DNA from: an uncultured delta proteobacterium
GTDB taxonomy: Bacteria > Desulfobacterota > Desulfuromonadia > Desulfuromonadales > JACZKF01
Reading direction: 5' to 3'
Length of the DNA stretch: 64,000 nt
NCBI GenBank assembly: GCA_963816395.1
Contig: CAWFKQ010000006.1
Span: forward strand, 128,001 to 192,000
Part shown: piece by piece, positions 51,198-61,497 of the stretch
Position numbering within the stretch: position 1 is the first letter of the stretch
Layout: every line of letters begins with the position of its first letter
The notes under the pieces: model-generated
The model's input: the letters and a program-made list of their open reading frames with translations, nothing else
Told to the model about the DNA's origin: nothing
The model's database searches: none
Position numbers and translations under genes: made by a program

Positions 51198-52651
51198 GAG
51201 TCGGGACGCGCGGACTGGTCCTGAATGAAAAACTGATCTTCGAGCACTCCGATCCGGGACGCCGGGGCTACAGTCTGTCTGCCAGCGATGTCCCCGCGGT
51301 GGAACTGCCGGAGGAACTGGTGCGTCAGGAAGTTTCCGGTTTTCCCGAGTTGTCGGAAGTCGATGTGGTTCGCCATTTTACCCGCCTCTCCACCTGGAAT
51401 TACGGGGTCGACGCCGGCTTCTATCCCCTGGGCAGCTGCACCATGAAATACAATCCCAAGGTGAACGAGGTGGTGGCGCGCCTGCCGGGTCTCGCCGGAG
51501 TGCACCCGGCGACTCCCGACCGGCTGACCCAGGGAGCGCTGGCCCTGATGCACGGGCTGCAGGAAGCCCTGGCGGAGATCTCCGGGCTCCCCGCCGTCAC
51601 CCTGCAGCCGGCCGCCGGTGCCCATGGCGAACTGACCGGAATGCTGATCGTCCGCGCCTGGCACGAGGCCCAGGGGAACCCGCGGCGCAAGGTCCTGATC
51701 CCCGATACCGCCCACGGCACCAACCCGGCCAGCGCCGCTCTCTGCGGCTACGAGGTGGTGCCGGTCGGTTCCGACGGCATCCTCAGCGCCGCCGCGGTGC
51801 GCGAGCGGATGAACGGGGAGGTCGCGGCCCTGATGGTGACCAATCCCAATACCCTGGGGCTGTTCGAGTCGGAGATTCGGGAGATCTGTGAGATCGTCCA
51901 CGCCCAGGGGGGGCTGGTCTACTGCGACGGCGCCAACCTCAATGCCCTGCTCGGGATCGCCCGGCCGGGGGACATGGGGATCGACGTCATGCATTTCAAC
52001 CTGCACAAGACCTTCTCTACCCCGCACGGCGGCGGCGGTCCAGGTTCCGGGCCGGTGGGGGTAACCCGGGAGCTGTCTCCGTTCCTGCCGGTGCCGGTGG
52101 TGGCCCGGACGGGTGAAACCTACCGCCTCGACTATGACCGGCCGCAGTCGATCGGCCGGGTCAGGGCCTTTTTCGGCAACTTCGGCATCATGGTACGCGC
52201 CTGGGCCTACATCCGCACCCTCGGGGCGGAGGGGTTGCGGCAGGCGAGCGAGATGGCGGTGCTCAACGCCAACTACGTACGGGCGCGCCTGGAAGGGAGT
52301 TATCATCTTCCGCACCGTCGGCGCTCCCTGCACGAGGTGGTCTTTTCCGATCGCGACCTGGGCGGGGGCTGCCATACCCTCGATGTGGCCAAGCGGCTGA
52401 TCGATTACGGCTATCACCCGCCGACCATCTATTTCCCTCTGGTGGTCAAGGGGGCGATCATGATCGAGCCGACCGAAACCGAAAGCAAGGAAGTGATCGA
52501 CGAGTTCTGCGACGCCATGCTGGCCATCGCCCGGGAGGCGGCGGAAAACCCCGCCCTGCTGCAGGAGGCGCCGCGCTGCACCCGCACCCGGCGCCTGGAC
52601 GAGACGGCGGCGGCGCGCAACCCGCGGCTGAAATGGGAAAAGGGGCCTTGA
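51194..52651 (+). CDS. gcvPB: Glycine dehydrogenase subunit 2
   Basis: YPLGSCTMKYNP, QPAAGAHGE, AHGTNPASA, HFNLHKTFSTPHGGGGPG, MIEPTETE. Confidence 0.97.
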   Translation: MRVGTRGLVLNEKLIFEHSDPGRRGYSLSASDVPAVELPEELVRQEVSGFPELSEVDVVRHFTRLSTWNYGVDAGFYPLGSCTMKYNPKVNEVVARLPGLAGVHPATPDRLTQGALALMHGLQEALAEISGLPAVTLQPAAGAHGELTGMLIVRAWHEAQGNPRRKVLIPDTAHGTNPASAALCGYEVVPVGSDGILSAAAVRERMNGEVAALMVTNPNTLGLFESEIREICEIVHAQGGLVYCDGANLNALLGIARPGDMGIDVMHFNLHKTFSTPHGGGGPGSGPVGVTRELSPFLPVPVVARTGETYRLDYDRPQSIGRVRAFFGNFGIMVRAWAYIRTLGAEGLRQASEMAVLNANYVRARLEGSYHLPHRRRSLHEVVFSDRDLGGGCHTLDVAKRLIDYGYHPPTIYFPLVVKGAIMIEPTETESKEVIDEFCDAMLAIAREAAENPALLQEAPRCTRTRRLDETAAARNPRLKWEKGP

Positions 52652-52683
52652 GCCCCTTTTCTCGTCCTCGGTCCCTACCGCAA

Positions 52684-53609
52684 TTAATAGATTAGCCGCT
52701 GGGTCAACTGATAGCGGAAGAAGACGAAGATATTGAGCTTCTCCCCATGGTAACTGCGGGACAAGGCGCCGAAAGGTGAGCCATTGCGTACCGCGGCCAT
52801 GGCCTCTTGATCCAAGATCGGAAAGCCTGAACTTTCCATCAACTGCACCTTTTCCAAAGTTCCATCATGGTTCACGGAAACCTTCAGTAGGCAGGTGCCT
52901 TCCTCCCCCCGCTCCCGCGCTCCGGCCGGGTAATTCCAGACCCCGTAAATATTGTTGCGGAAGCGCCGAAAGAAGGATATCAGGATATCCTGTTCGGTAT
53001 CGAGCCATACGGCATCCCCCTCCTCGACGTCCGCGCGGTACTTCCGCCGCCACTGTTGCTCCAGTCGGGCCACCGTCGTCTGCGGCAGCTCCAGCAGGGA
53101 TTTCAACTCGGGCACCGCCTCGGTAGGGGGAGCTTCGGTGGGCTGTGGACTGGCAACTTCCGGCCGCGGTCGCGGTCGGGGAGCCGTTTCGGCCGGCCGC
53201 TCACGGAGTGCTGGAGCCGGCTTGGCGGGATGGGGCGCGGTCCTGGGGACTGCCGTCTGTGCCGGCCGGGGCGCCGGCTTCGGCGGGCTCGGGGCCTCGG
53301 GCCGCATGTCTTCCGGGGCTTCACCCTTGGGCGCCATTTCCTTTTTCACCACCTGATCGGCCGGCCCCAGGCGTTTGGCTGGGGTCTCCCGCGGCTTTTC
53401 CAACTCCGGGCGAACCGGCAGGTCGAGTTCCCGCTGTCGCGGCGGCGCGGCGGCTTCGGCGGCCGCATTTCGACATAGACCGGTGCCGGTCGGGTTGGGA
53501 CCGGGAACAGATCATGCTGCGGCAGGAGCAGGAACAAGAGCAGGTGCAGCAGCAGCGAGAAAGTGATGAATCCCAGCAGGAGAATGTCTGGCCGGCTTTT
53601 CAGTTGCAT
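52684..53609 (-). CDS. TonB-family energy transducer (frameshift near 53430)
   Basis: N-terminal TM SLLLHLLL, Pro-rich linker, C-terminal WNYP..A..G.EG..V.V..DG..V..SSGF.ILD.EA..AV. Confidence 0.82.
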
Positions 53610-53804
53610 GGGAAGCAGACAGTGCGAGTTGGCGAAATCCGTATTATACATGATTCCCCCCGCCAAAGAACCCGGAAAAGATGTAAAATATCGATGTATT
53701 TCAGCCGCCTGCGGACCGTGACGGCGGAGAAAGGCGGTTGACCGGCTGCCGCCCATCGGGTATATTCGGCCGATTCTAACCTTGTATTGGAGGAGGAGAT
53801 TGCC

Positions 53805-54806
53805 ATGCATTTAGTCGATCAGATCAAGGGAAAAGCCCGCGGTAACCGACAAACCGTCGTTCTGCCCGAGGGGTACGACGACCGGATGGTGCAGGCCGCC
53901 GGCCGGATCGTCCAGGACGGGCTGGCCAGGGTAGTGCTGCTCGGGGAACCTGCCACCCTGCGGCGGAAAGCGCAAGAGCTCGGGGCCTCTCTCGAGGGGG
54001 TGGAGTTGCTCGATCCCAAGTCCGCGCCGAAACTCGAAGCCTACATCGATGAACTGGTGGAGGTTCGCAGGAAGAAGGGGCTGTCGCGGGAGGCGGCGAA
54101 AAAACTGCTGACCGGCGAGGACAACTTGTTTTTCGGCGCCATGATGGTGCGCCGGGGTGATGCGGGAGGCGCTGTCGCCGGGGCTTTTAATACCACGGGC
54201 GATGTGTTGCGGGCCGCTTTTCAGGTTATCGGCACCGCCCCCGGCATGAAGACCGTTTCATCGGTGTTCCTCATGGTCACCAAGACTCCGGAATTCGGTG
54301 AGAACGGCACCATCCTCTTCGCCGACTGCGCAGTCAACCCCAACCCCGATGCCCAGGCCCTGGCCGAAATCGCGGTGGCCACCGCCCGCAGCTGCAAAAG
54401 TTTTCTCGGTGTCGAGGCGCGTGTCGCGATGCTTTCCTTCTCGACCAAGGGGAGCGCCAGCCATGCCGATGCCGACAAGGTGCTTAAGGCCCTGGAAATC
54501 GCCAAGGGGCTTGATCCCGCCTTGCAGATCGACGGCGAACTGCAGGCCGATGCCGCCCTGCTGCCGAAGGTCGGGGCGAAGAAGGCCCCCGGCTCGCCCG
54601 TGGCGGGGAAGGCCAACACCCTCATCTTTCCCGATCTGGATGCCGGAAATATCGGCTACAAGCTGGTCGAACGCCTCGCCGGCGCCGAAGCGGTCGGCCC
54701 GATCATCCAGGGATTGGCCAAACCGGTGAACGATCTCTCCCGCGGTTGTTCGGTGGAGGACATTATCAGTGTCGCGGCGATCACGGCGGTGCAGGCGCAG
54801 GGGTGA
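53805..54806 (+). CDS. pta: Phosphate acetyltransferase
   Basis: [58 protein letters not shown]. Confidence 0.97.
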   Translation: MHLVDQIKGKARGNRQTVVLPEGYDDRMVQAAGRIVQDGLARVVLLGEPATLRRKAQELGASLEGVELLDPKSAPKLEAYIDELVEVRRKKGLSREAAKKLLTGEDNLFFGAMMVRRGDAGGAVAGAFNTTGDVLRAAFQVIGTAPGMKTVSSVFLMVTKTPEFGENGTILFADCAVNPNPDAQALAEIAVATARSCKSFLGVEARVAMLSFSTKGSASHADADKVLKALEIAKGLDPALQIDGELQADAALLPKVGAKKAPGSPVAGKANTLIFPDLDAGNIGYKLVERLAGAEAVGPIIQGLAKPVNDLSRGCSVEDIISVAAITAVQAQG

Positions 54807-54816
54807 TCCGTGTGAG

Positions 54817-54841
54817 GTAGGGGGCGACGCATGCGTCGCCC
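54817..54841 (+). repeat. GTAG-type REP-like palindrome
   Basis: GTAGGGGGCGACGCATGCGTCGCCC; degenerate inverted partner near 54915-54931. Confidence 0.7.
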
Positions 54842-54850
54842 TGTCAGCGA

Positions 54851-54892
54851 AAAAGAAGCAGGCCGGCGGAATTTCCGCCGGCCTGCTTCTTT
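54851..54892. terminator. Bidirectional terminator between convergent pta and ackA
   Basis: aaagaagcaggccggcgga-att-tccgccggcctgcttcttt perfect inverted repeat. Confidence 0.85.
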
Positions 54893-54937
54893 GAATCCGG
54901 GTTCACTGATATCAGGGCGCTGCGCCCCTGCGCCAAA

Positions 54938-56203
54938 TCATTTTCTCTGGAAATCCGCCCGGGCGAAAGAATATTTGAAGTTCATGTGGTCGGTGTAGGT
55001 TCCTTCGAGAATGGCGACCACATCTTCGGTGAAGACCAGTTCCTCGTCCGTGGGGATGACGAAGACCTTGACTGGTGAGTCGGGTTGGGTGAGGACGCTT
55101 TCCTTTTTGCGGGTCATGGTGTTGCGGTTCTTCTCCCGATCCAGGTGGATGCCCATGAACTCCAGTCCTTCCAGGGCCTTTTCCCGGATCAGCCAAGCCA
55201 TCTCCCCCACTCCGGCGGTGAAGACTACTGCGTCGATGCCGCCGATGGCGGCGGCGTAGGAGCCGATATATTTTTTCAGCCGGTAAGCTTCAATCTCAAG
55301 TGCCAGGGCGCAGCGGGCACAGCCGTCATTCATCCCCTCGATGACATCGCGGCGGTCGGTGTACTGGCCGGTAATGCCCAGCACCCCCGATTTCTTGTTG
55401 AGGATGGAGTCGATCTCTTTCGGGGTAAAACCTTCCCGCTCCATGATAAAGGCCGGAATGGCCGGATCGATATCGCCGCAGCGGGTCCCCATGACCGCCC
55501 CCTCCAGGGGGGTGAGGCCCATGGAGGTATCGACCGATCTGCCGCCTCTGATGGCGCAGTGGGAAACGCCATTGCCGATGTGCATGGTGATGAGGTTGCA
55601 ATCCTTGGGGTCCTTGCCGAGCAGAACAGCCGCCCGCTTGGAAACGTAAAGGTGGCTGGTGCCGTGAAAACCGTAGCGGCGCACGCCGTATTTCTCATAC
55701 CATTCGAAAGGGAGGGGATAGGTGAAGGCGTGCTGCGGCATGGTCTGATGAAAGGCGGTATCGAAGATAGCCACGTGCGGCACGTCGGGCAGAACCGACT
55801 GCGCCGCCTCAATACCGGCGATATTCGGTGGATTGTGCAAGGGAGCCAGGTGCTGCACCTCTTTGATGGCACTGAGCACCGTTTCGTCGATCAACACCGA
55901 GCAGATGAACTTTTCCCCGCCGTGTACCACCCGGTGACCGACCGCCGAGATCTGGCTCATGTCGCCAACCACCCCGTGCGCCTTGCCGGTGAGAGTCTTG
56001 ATGATCAGATGGATCGCCACCTGATGATCGGGACATTCATATTCTTCCCGGTAGGTTTCCCGCCCGGGAACTTCGTGAATGATGAACGAATCACCGATGG
56101 TCACCCGCTCGACCATCCCTCTGGCGACCACTTCTTTCTTGGTCCAGTCGAAGAGCTGGTATTTTACCGACGAACTGCCGCAGTTCAGGGCAAGGATATC
56201 CAT
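54938..56203 (-). CDS. ackA: Acetate kinase
   Basis: LNCGSSSVK, VGHRVVHGG, LAPLHNP, FDTAFH, RRYGFHGTSH, DTSMGLTPLEG, FTAGVGE, IPTDEE. Confidence 0.97.
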   Translation of the reverse strand: MDILALNCGSSSVKYQLFDWTKKEVVARGMVERVTIGDSFIIHEVPGRETYREEYECPDHQVAIHLIIKTLTGKAHGVVGDMSQISAVGHRVVHGGEKFICSVLIDETVLSAIKEVQHLAPLHNPPNIAGIEAAQSVLPDVPHVAIFDTAFHQTMPQHAFTYPLPFEWYEKYGVRRYGFHGTSHLYVSKRAAVLLGKDPKDCNLITMHIGNGVSHCAIRGGRSVDTSMGLTPLEGAVMGTRCGDIDPAIPAFIMEREGFTPKEIDSILNKKSGVLGITGQYTDRRDVIEGMNDGCARCALALEIEAYRLKKYIGSYAAAIGGIDAVVFTAGVGEMAWLIREKALEGLEFMGIHLDREKNRNTMTRKKESVLTQPDSPVKVFVIPTDEELVFTEDVVAILEGTYTDHMNFKYSFARADFQRK

Positions 56204-56508
56204 TGAATTCTAGCCTCCTCACGAAATTGACCAACTACTCCACTTATCCCAGGAAAGAACGATGTTATGATCGCGCCTACCGAAAAGCCGGCCGGCCAGG
56301 TCGTTCATCCCCCGAAGTTCTTGTCCTGGATTGAGCTGGAGGGTGGAAAAAAGGTTTTAAAAGACTATAGGAAGGTCATCGGAATTGCAAGCAGATTGTT
56401 GCCGCCCAGGAGTGAAAGAGGGTGGACAAGAGGCGGCGTTCCGGTGTATCCTGCCGTCCAGAAAAATCATTTAATTTCTCACAACACAACCCAAGGAGGA
56501 AAAGTACG

Positions 56509-56679
56509 ATGGCCTATACCATTACTGAAGAATGCATAAACTGCGGCGCCTGTGAGCCGGTCTGCCCGGTCAACGCCATCAGCGAGCAGGGTGACGTTCG
56601 AGTGATCGATGCGGCGACCTGCACCGACTGCGGCGCTTGCGCCGATACCTGCCCGGTGGATGCCATTATGGCACCCTGA
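56509..56679 (+). CDS. 2[4Fe-4S] ferredoxin
   Basis: [45 protein letters not shown]. Confidence 0.95.
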   Translation: MAYTITEECINCGACEPVCPVNAISEQGDVRVIDAATCTDCGACADTCPVDAIMAP

Positions 56680-56744
56680 CAACCCGGCACTCTCCTGTCT
56701 TCTCCCTTTTGACCGGCCCCCATTCCAGGGGCGGGAGGTTTTCA

Positions 56745-56951
56745 ATGTTCGGACTTGGCACCACAGAACTGATCCTCATTCTCGTCCTGGTTCTCATCAT
56801 TTTCGGTGCCGGCAAGCTGCCGGAAATCGGCGGCGCTCTTGGCAAGGGCATCCGCAGCTTCCGTAAAGCCAACCAGGAGCGCGATGAGATCGATGTCACG
56901 CCGGACAAGGAAGTGAAAAAAGAAGAGAAAGAGAAGAAGGACCAGGGATAA
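56745..56951 (+). CDS. tatA: Twin-arginine translocase TatA/E
   Basis: [41 protein letters not shown]. Confidence 0.95.
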   Translation: MFGLGTTELILILVLVLIIFGAGKLPEIGGALGKGIRSFRKANQERDEIDVTPDKEVKKEEKEKKDQG

Positions 56952-56972
56952 TCCTGGCCTCGCCGGGAAATG

Positions 56973-57006
56973 AAAAAGCCGCCCTCTTGCCGGGGCGGCT
57001 TTTTTT
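56973..57006. terminator. Bidirectional terminator
   Basis: aaaaagccgccc..ggggcggcttttttt. Confidence 0.8.
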
Positions 57007-57034
57007 ATTCAGGGGACTAGCGTCGAGCGGCCGG

Positions 57035-58519
57035 TCAGCCTGCCCCCGGTTTGGAATCGGTCACTTCAACGGTGAATTCGGCCAGGTCGGACGGCAGGTT
57101 CTTGAAGACAATGGTGAACGGGATCGCTTTGCCGGGGCCGACATTGAGGTTGGACAGGGAATCCCCGAACTGGTTGTTCATTCTCTCTTCGATTTTGGCG
57201 AAGGGGAGAGAATGCAGCGCGTCTTCATTCAACGGATTGCCGGAAAAAACAGTCTGCTGGAGGAGTGCCTTGCCGGATTTGTTGTACAGCACCCCTTTCA
57301 CGGCAATGGCAGAGCGGGCCTCGGGGAAAGCGTTGGTCGCCCGGCCTTGAATGACGAAAAGCTGCCCGGTTTCGTCGTTGGTGACGAAAGAGCCGTTCAG
57401 ATCGCTCAAGCGGATTTCCCCGGCGGCGGCCGGCGGCGGCGCATCGCCGGTAATACGGGCGACCAGCGATGTCAGGTCGGGAATCCCGCCCTGCCAGAAA
57501 AAGTAGGCGGCGGCAGCGCTGAGAGCCAGCAGCAGCAGAACGACAAAGACGAAAACGCCACTGATCGGGCTCTTGCGTCGGCGCCGGGCGGGCATCGGCA
57601 GAGGCTCCACCAGTGGCTCCGAGCCCCTTCTTTCTTCCCTTGCCGGCACTGCGGGGGCGGCTTCCGGTGGGCGAATTTCCGGATCGGCGAAAGAAACCTC
57701 CGCCGGCGGGAGTGATTCGGGGGTGTCCTCACCGAAACTGATGTTGCTGAAATCAAATTCCTCGCTGTCATCGGTCGGCTCGGCCGGAGTAAAATCGAAA
57801 TCGTCCGCCGGTCCGTCTCCCGGGGCCGGTGCGCTCCAGGCCGATTCGCTCTCCTCGAAGGCGAAATCATCCCCCCCCAGGGAAAACTCGTCGGTGGTGC
57901 CGGAGGTTGCTTCCTCATCGACGGTAAAATCGTCGGGTCCGGAGGCCTGAAAGGAGAAGGCATCCGCTTCCTCTTCCCCGGCTGGAAGCTCGCCAAAAGC
58001 GAATTCATCCTCCGTCCCAGCGTCCTCGGGCGGCGAATATTCGGTCTCCTCAAAGGCGAAAGCCGAGGGAGCGATGGTTTCTTCCTCGGTCTCCGTCTCT
58101 CCCTCCCCGAAAGGAATGGAACGGGTGGTGGAATCAGGCAGCTCTGAACTCACTTCCCGGGCGGCATCTGGCGTCGGTTCCGGAAAGGAAAAGTTGCCGG
58201 CGCTCTCGGTTTCTTCCTGGCTGGAAAAATCAGGGAAGGCGACGGCAGCGGCTGTTTCGCTATTGTCGTCGGTCGCTGCCGGGGAGGAATCCCCGGCAGC
58301 GGGTACGCTCTCCATATTGAAAGCACCGAAATCAACTTCCTCCTCCCGGGGCGCCGGTTCATCTGCGGGCACCTCGGGGGCCGGCTCGGGCGCCTCCGCC
58401 GGCGGCAGCACCGAGAAGATGTGCCGGCAACGCGAGCAGCGAACTTTGATCCCTTCGGGTTTTATCTTTTCATCCGCCAGCTTGAACCGGGTCTGGCAAT
58501 CAGGGCACTGGATGACCAT
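57035..58519 (-). CDS. MJ0042-type zinc-ribbon / DUF3426-like protein with long acidic linker
   Basis: IQCPDCQTRF..KVRCSRCRHIF; D/E/F-rich linker; single TM; C-terminal periplasmic domain. Confidence 0.85.
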   Translation of the reverse strand: MVIQCPDCQTRFKLADEKIKPEGIKVRCSRCRHIFSVLPPAEAPEPAPEVPADEPAPREEEVDFGAFNMESVPAAGDSSPAATDDNSETAAAVAFPDFSSQEETESAGNFSFPEPTPDAAREVSSELPDSTTRSIPFGEGETETEEETIAPSAFAFEETEYSPPEDAGTEDEFAFGELPAGEEEADAFSFQASGPDDFTVDEEATSGTTDEFSLGGDDFAFEESESAWSAPAPGDGPADDFDFTPAEPTDDSEEFDFSNISFGEDTPESLPPAEVSFADPEIRPPEAAPAVPAREERRGSEPLVEPLPMPARRRRKSPISGVFVFVVLLLLALSAAAAYFFWQGGIPDLTSLVARITGDAPPPAAAGEIRLSDLNGSFVTNDETGQLFVIQGRATNAFPEARSAIAVKGVLYNKSGKALLQQTVFSGNPLNEDALHSLPFAKIEERMNNQFGDSLSNLNVGPGKAIPFTIVFKNLPSDLAEFTVEVTDSKPGAG

Positions 58520-58540
58520 GTAAATTCTCCTTCAGGCTGA

Positions 58541-59068
58541 TCAGATGCCTTCCAGCAGATAAATGTCCGGCAGGTTGCGATAGCGTTCATCGTAATCAAG
58601 GCCATAGCCGACGATGAATCCCTCCTCCATGGTCAGGCCGACGTAATCGGCCTTGAGGTTCACTTCCCGCCTGCCGCGTTTATCGATCAGAGTGCAGACC
58701 CGCACGGAGCGGGCCTCGCGCAGCAGCAGCCGATGGTAAAGGGTTTCCAGGGTATTGCCGCTGTCGATTATGTCTTCGACGATCAGGACATCTCGCCCCC
58801 GCAGCGAGGTTTCCAGGTCATAACGGATCTCGACAATTCCTGAGGAGCGGGTTTCAGAACCATAACTGGCCAGGCGGACGAAATCGATCATCAGCGGGAC
58901 ACGGATGGCGCGCACCAGATCGGCAAAGAAAAGGAAGGAGCCTTTCAGTACGCCGACTGCCAGGATTTCCTGATCACGGTAGTCACGGCTGATTTCTGCC
59001 GCCAACCGTCCTATTTGGTTCTCGATTTCCGCCCGGGGAAAAAGCAGTTTCAGCGCAGGCTCGGGCAT
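58541..59068 (-). CDS. hpt: Hypoxanthine phosphoribosyltransferase
   Basis: GVLKGSFLFFADL, ASYG, VLIVEDIIDSGNT, FIVGYGLDYDERYRNLP. Confidence 0.96.
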   Translation of the reverse strand: MPEPALKLLFPRAEIENQIGRLAAEISRDYRDQEILAVGVLKGSFLFFADLVRAIRVPLMIDFVRLASYGSETRSSGIVEIRYDLETSLRGRDVLIVEDIIDSGNTLETLYHRLLLREARSVRVCTLIDKRGRREVNLKADYVGLTMEEGFIVGYGLDYDERYRNLPDIYLLEGI

Positions 59069-59226
59069 GATACTCCAGGGTGAGGGGGAAAACAAGGGAC
59101 GCGGGGCTTATTCTATAGCAAGGGCGCACCCTTGTGTCAATTTTTTCCATGGACCGGAGTAGGTGGGTAGAAGAAATCGTGCTATGATTCCGGCCGCAGA
59201 ATAAACCGCCTGGAAAGGATGATGAT

Positions 59227-59916
59227 ATGCGATTCAGTCTGAATGCACTGCTGTTGCTTCTCGGTCTGTGCTGGACGATGCCGGTTTTTGCCGGAACGCC
59301 CGCACTGGTGATCGAAAATCCGGATTTCAATTTCGGGGAGGTTTTGCAGGGGAGGGCGGTAGAACACATCTATACCTTCCGCAATGCCGGCGATCAGACC
59401 CTGGTCATCAGCCGGGTGCGCAGTTCCTGCGGCTGTACCGCGGCGCTGCTTTCGGCATCGGAAGTCCCCCCCAGTGGCAGCGGGGAGGTGCGCGCTACCT
59501 TCAATTCGGGCCGCTTTCGCGGACCGGTGGAGAAGAGCATCTACCTTTACACCAATGATCCCCGGCAGGCTGCCGTTGTCCTGCGCCTGCGCGGCACGGT
59601 CCGACCGGAACTCGAGGCGGTGCCGGCAGAAGTCAACCTGGGGGAACTCGTTTCGGGAGAGCGCAGGGAAGCCCGGGTGATTCTGACCAACCGCGGAGAT
59701 AGTGTGATCACTCTGACCGCCGCCCGGGCGACCCATCCGTCCCTGCAGGTAACCATGGCTTCCCAGTCGCTCCCTCCCGGCAAGAGCACCGACCTGATTA
59801 TCCGCGCTGTCCCCTCCGGCCAGGAGACGGTGAACGGCTATGTCATCGTTCGGACCGACAGCCCCCGGATGCCGGAACTCCGCATCGGAGTGTACGGTTA
59901 CGCGCCTTCCCGGTAA
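59227..59916 (+). CDS. DUF1573-domain exported protein
   Basis: FNFGEV.QG..VEH.YTFRNAGD..LVIS.V.SSCGCT, TNDP. Confidence 0.88.
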   Translation: MRFSLNALLLLLGLCWTMPVFAGTPALVIENPDFNFGEVLQGRAVEHIYTFRNAGDQTLVISRVRSSCGCTAALLSASEVPPSGSGEVRATFNSGRFRGPVEKSIYLYTNDPRQAAVVLRLRGTVRPELEAVPAEVNLGELVSGERREARVILTNRGDSVITLTAARATHPSLQVTMASQSLPPGKSTDLIIRAVPSGQETVNGYVIVRTDSPRMPELRIGVYGYAPSR

Positions 59917-59920
59917 GGCA

Positions 59921-60871
59921 TTATTGCCGGTCCGGGAAAAGGGCGACTATGTAGTCGAGAACCCGGTCCTCCAGCGCCGCGCCGGTCAATGCGTTCATCT
60001 CCCGCAGGCAGGACGGGCTGGTGATGTTCACCTCCAGCACCAGCCCATCGACGATATCCACTCCGGCCAGATGGATCTGCTCCCGCACCAGCCAGGGGCG
60101 GAGCCGCCGGCAGACTGCGCGATCTGCCGGCGTCAGCTCACAGGGGACGCAGTGTCCGCCGGCATTGATGTTGGAGCGGAAATCCCCTGCCGCCGGCACT
60201 CGCCGCAGCCAGCCCAGGAGCTCTCCCCCCAGCAGCAATATCCGCTTGTCCCCCCTGTCTATGCCTGGCAGAAAACGCTGCCCCTGCACGAAGTGCTTCC
60301 CGTGGTCGGTCGCCTGCGCCAAGCGGGCGGCGGCTTCCGGATCACCATGATTCAGGACAAAAATTCCGCGGCCGCTGCAGTCCTCCAGAGGTTTGACGAC
60401 CATCCGCCCGTGTCGTTCGAGGAAATCCAGCAGGTCGGATACCGCCGCTGCAACCACCGTCTCCGGCATCATCCCGGGAAAGTAGAGGGGGATCAGCTTC
60501 TCCCCATGCAGGCGCAGCGCCCGGGCCGGGTTAACCTGTACCACCGAGGCCGGCAGCCGGTCGAGAATGGCAGTCGCCTGCAGGTAGGCGGCATCGACCG
60601 GGGGATCCTTGCGCATGAAGACGGCGGCTATCGTCGTCAGATCGAGATCGATGGCGGCACCGCTTCGAAACATCTCCTCACCCGGGGAAAAGGTGACGGG
60701 GCGGGCCCGGGCTCGCGGCTGTTCCCCTTCCAGGCGCAGATCCGCCAGGGTGCAGAAGAAAACCTGCTGCTCATGCCGCAGAGCGGATCGCATCAATGCC
60801 AGGGAGGTGTCAGTAGGGGGATCGAGCCGCTCGGGCGGATCGAGGACAAAGAGAGCTATTGGGGAGGACAT
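59921..60871 (-). CDS. gshB: Glutathione synthetase (ATP-grasp)
   Basis: DTSLALM, VFMRKDPPVD, NP..LR...EK, VKPL, Q.FLP.I..GDKRIL, DFRSN, GVDI, EVNITSPS. Confidence 0.88.
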   Translation of the reverse strand: MSSPIALFVLDPPERLDPPTDTSLALMRSALRHEQQVFFCTLADLRLEGEQPRARARPVTFSPGEEMFRSGAAIDLDLTTIAAVFMRKDPPVDAAYLQATAILDRLPASVVQVNPARALRLHGEKLIPLYFPGMMPETVVAAAVSDLLDFLERHGRMVVKPLEDCSGRGIFVLNHGDPEAAARLAQATDHGKHFVQGQRFLPGIDRGDKRILLLGGELLGWLRRVPAAGDFRSNINAGGHCVPCELTPADRAVCRRLRPWLVREQIHLAGVDIVDGLVLEVNITSPSCLREMNALTGAALEDRVLDYIVALFPDRQ

Positions 60872-61126
60872 CGTTTACTCGCCTGATGATCGAAGAAGGA
60901 ATGGAATGGCTATAATCTACTGGGACTATAATTCAGATGCAACTTTTCGGCGATATTTCAGATGTTGGATAGTGCCGTCAGATTACTCCGCACGCCCTGT
61001 TGCCAGGTGCTGCCCTGAAATTCCCTAGATTAGGCTCTTCCGTTGAGGCGCAGCAAGGGCCGGAGCGGGCGCGCGGCAATTTGCAGTTGCAATCCGGGCA
61101 AGGATGCGGTATATACACCAATTCGA

Positions 61127-61203
<77 letters not shown>

Positions 61204-61209
61204 AAATAT

Positions 61210-61245
61210 CAAGGGGTTTGCCAGTTGTTGGCGAACCCCTTTTCT
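61210..61245 (+). terminator. Terminator hairpin after tRNA
   Basis: aggggtttgcca-gttgt-tggcgaacccct-tttt. Confidence 0.7.
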
Positions 61246-61497
61246 CTTTATGCCGCTTTCCGGGAGTGCTCATCAGGGGCGTTGTCGGGTGGGCTGAAAG
61301 GGGAAAGGCAATGGGGAAGAAGGGCTGGCGGGGAACCTCTGCAGAGTGAAAACTGTTGAATTGGCGAAGCGTTTGGTGTAGTTTGCACTATCTTCGCTCC
61401 GCTCGGAATCACCGAATCCAACTGGCTCTCGAGGGAGCCTTTTAATCTTCCGGGGCAGCCCGCCCCGAGAGTGACTATGATGACTCGGGAGGCAACC

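Noticed and set aside
59420..59440. DUF1573 CGC motif as a selenocysteine site
   Set aside because: Encoded by TGC-GGC-TGT; no TGA
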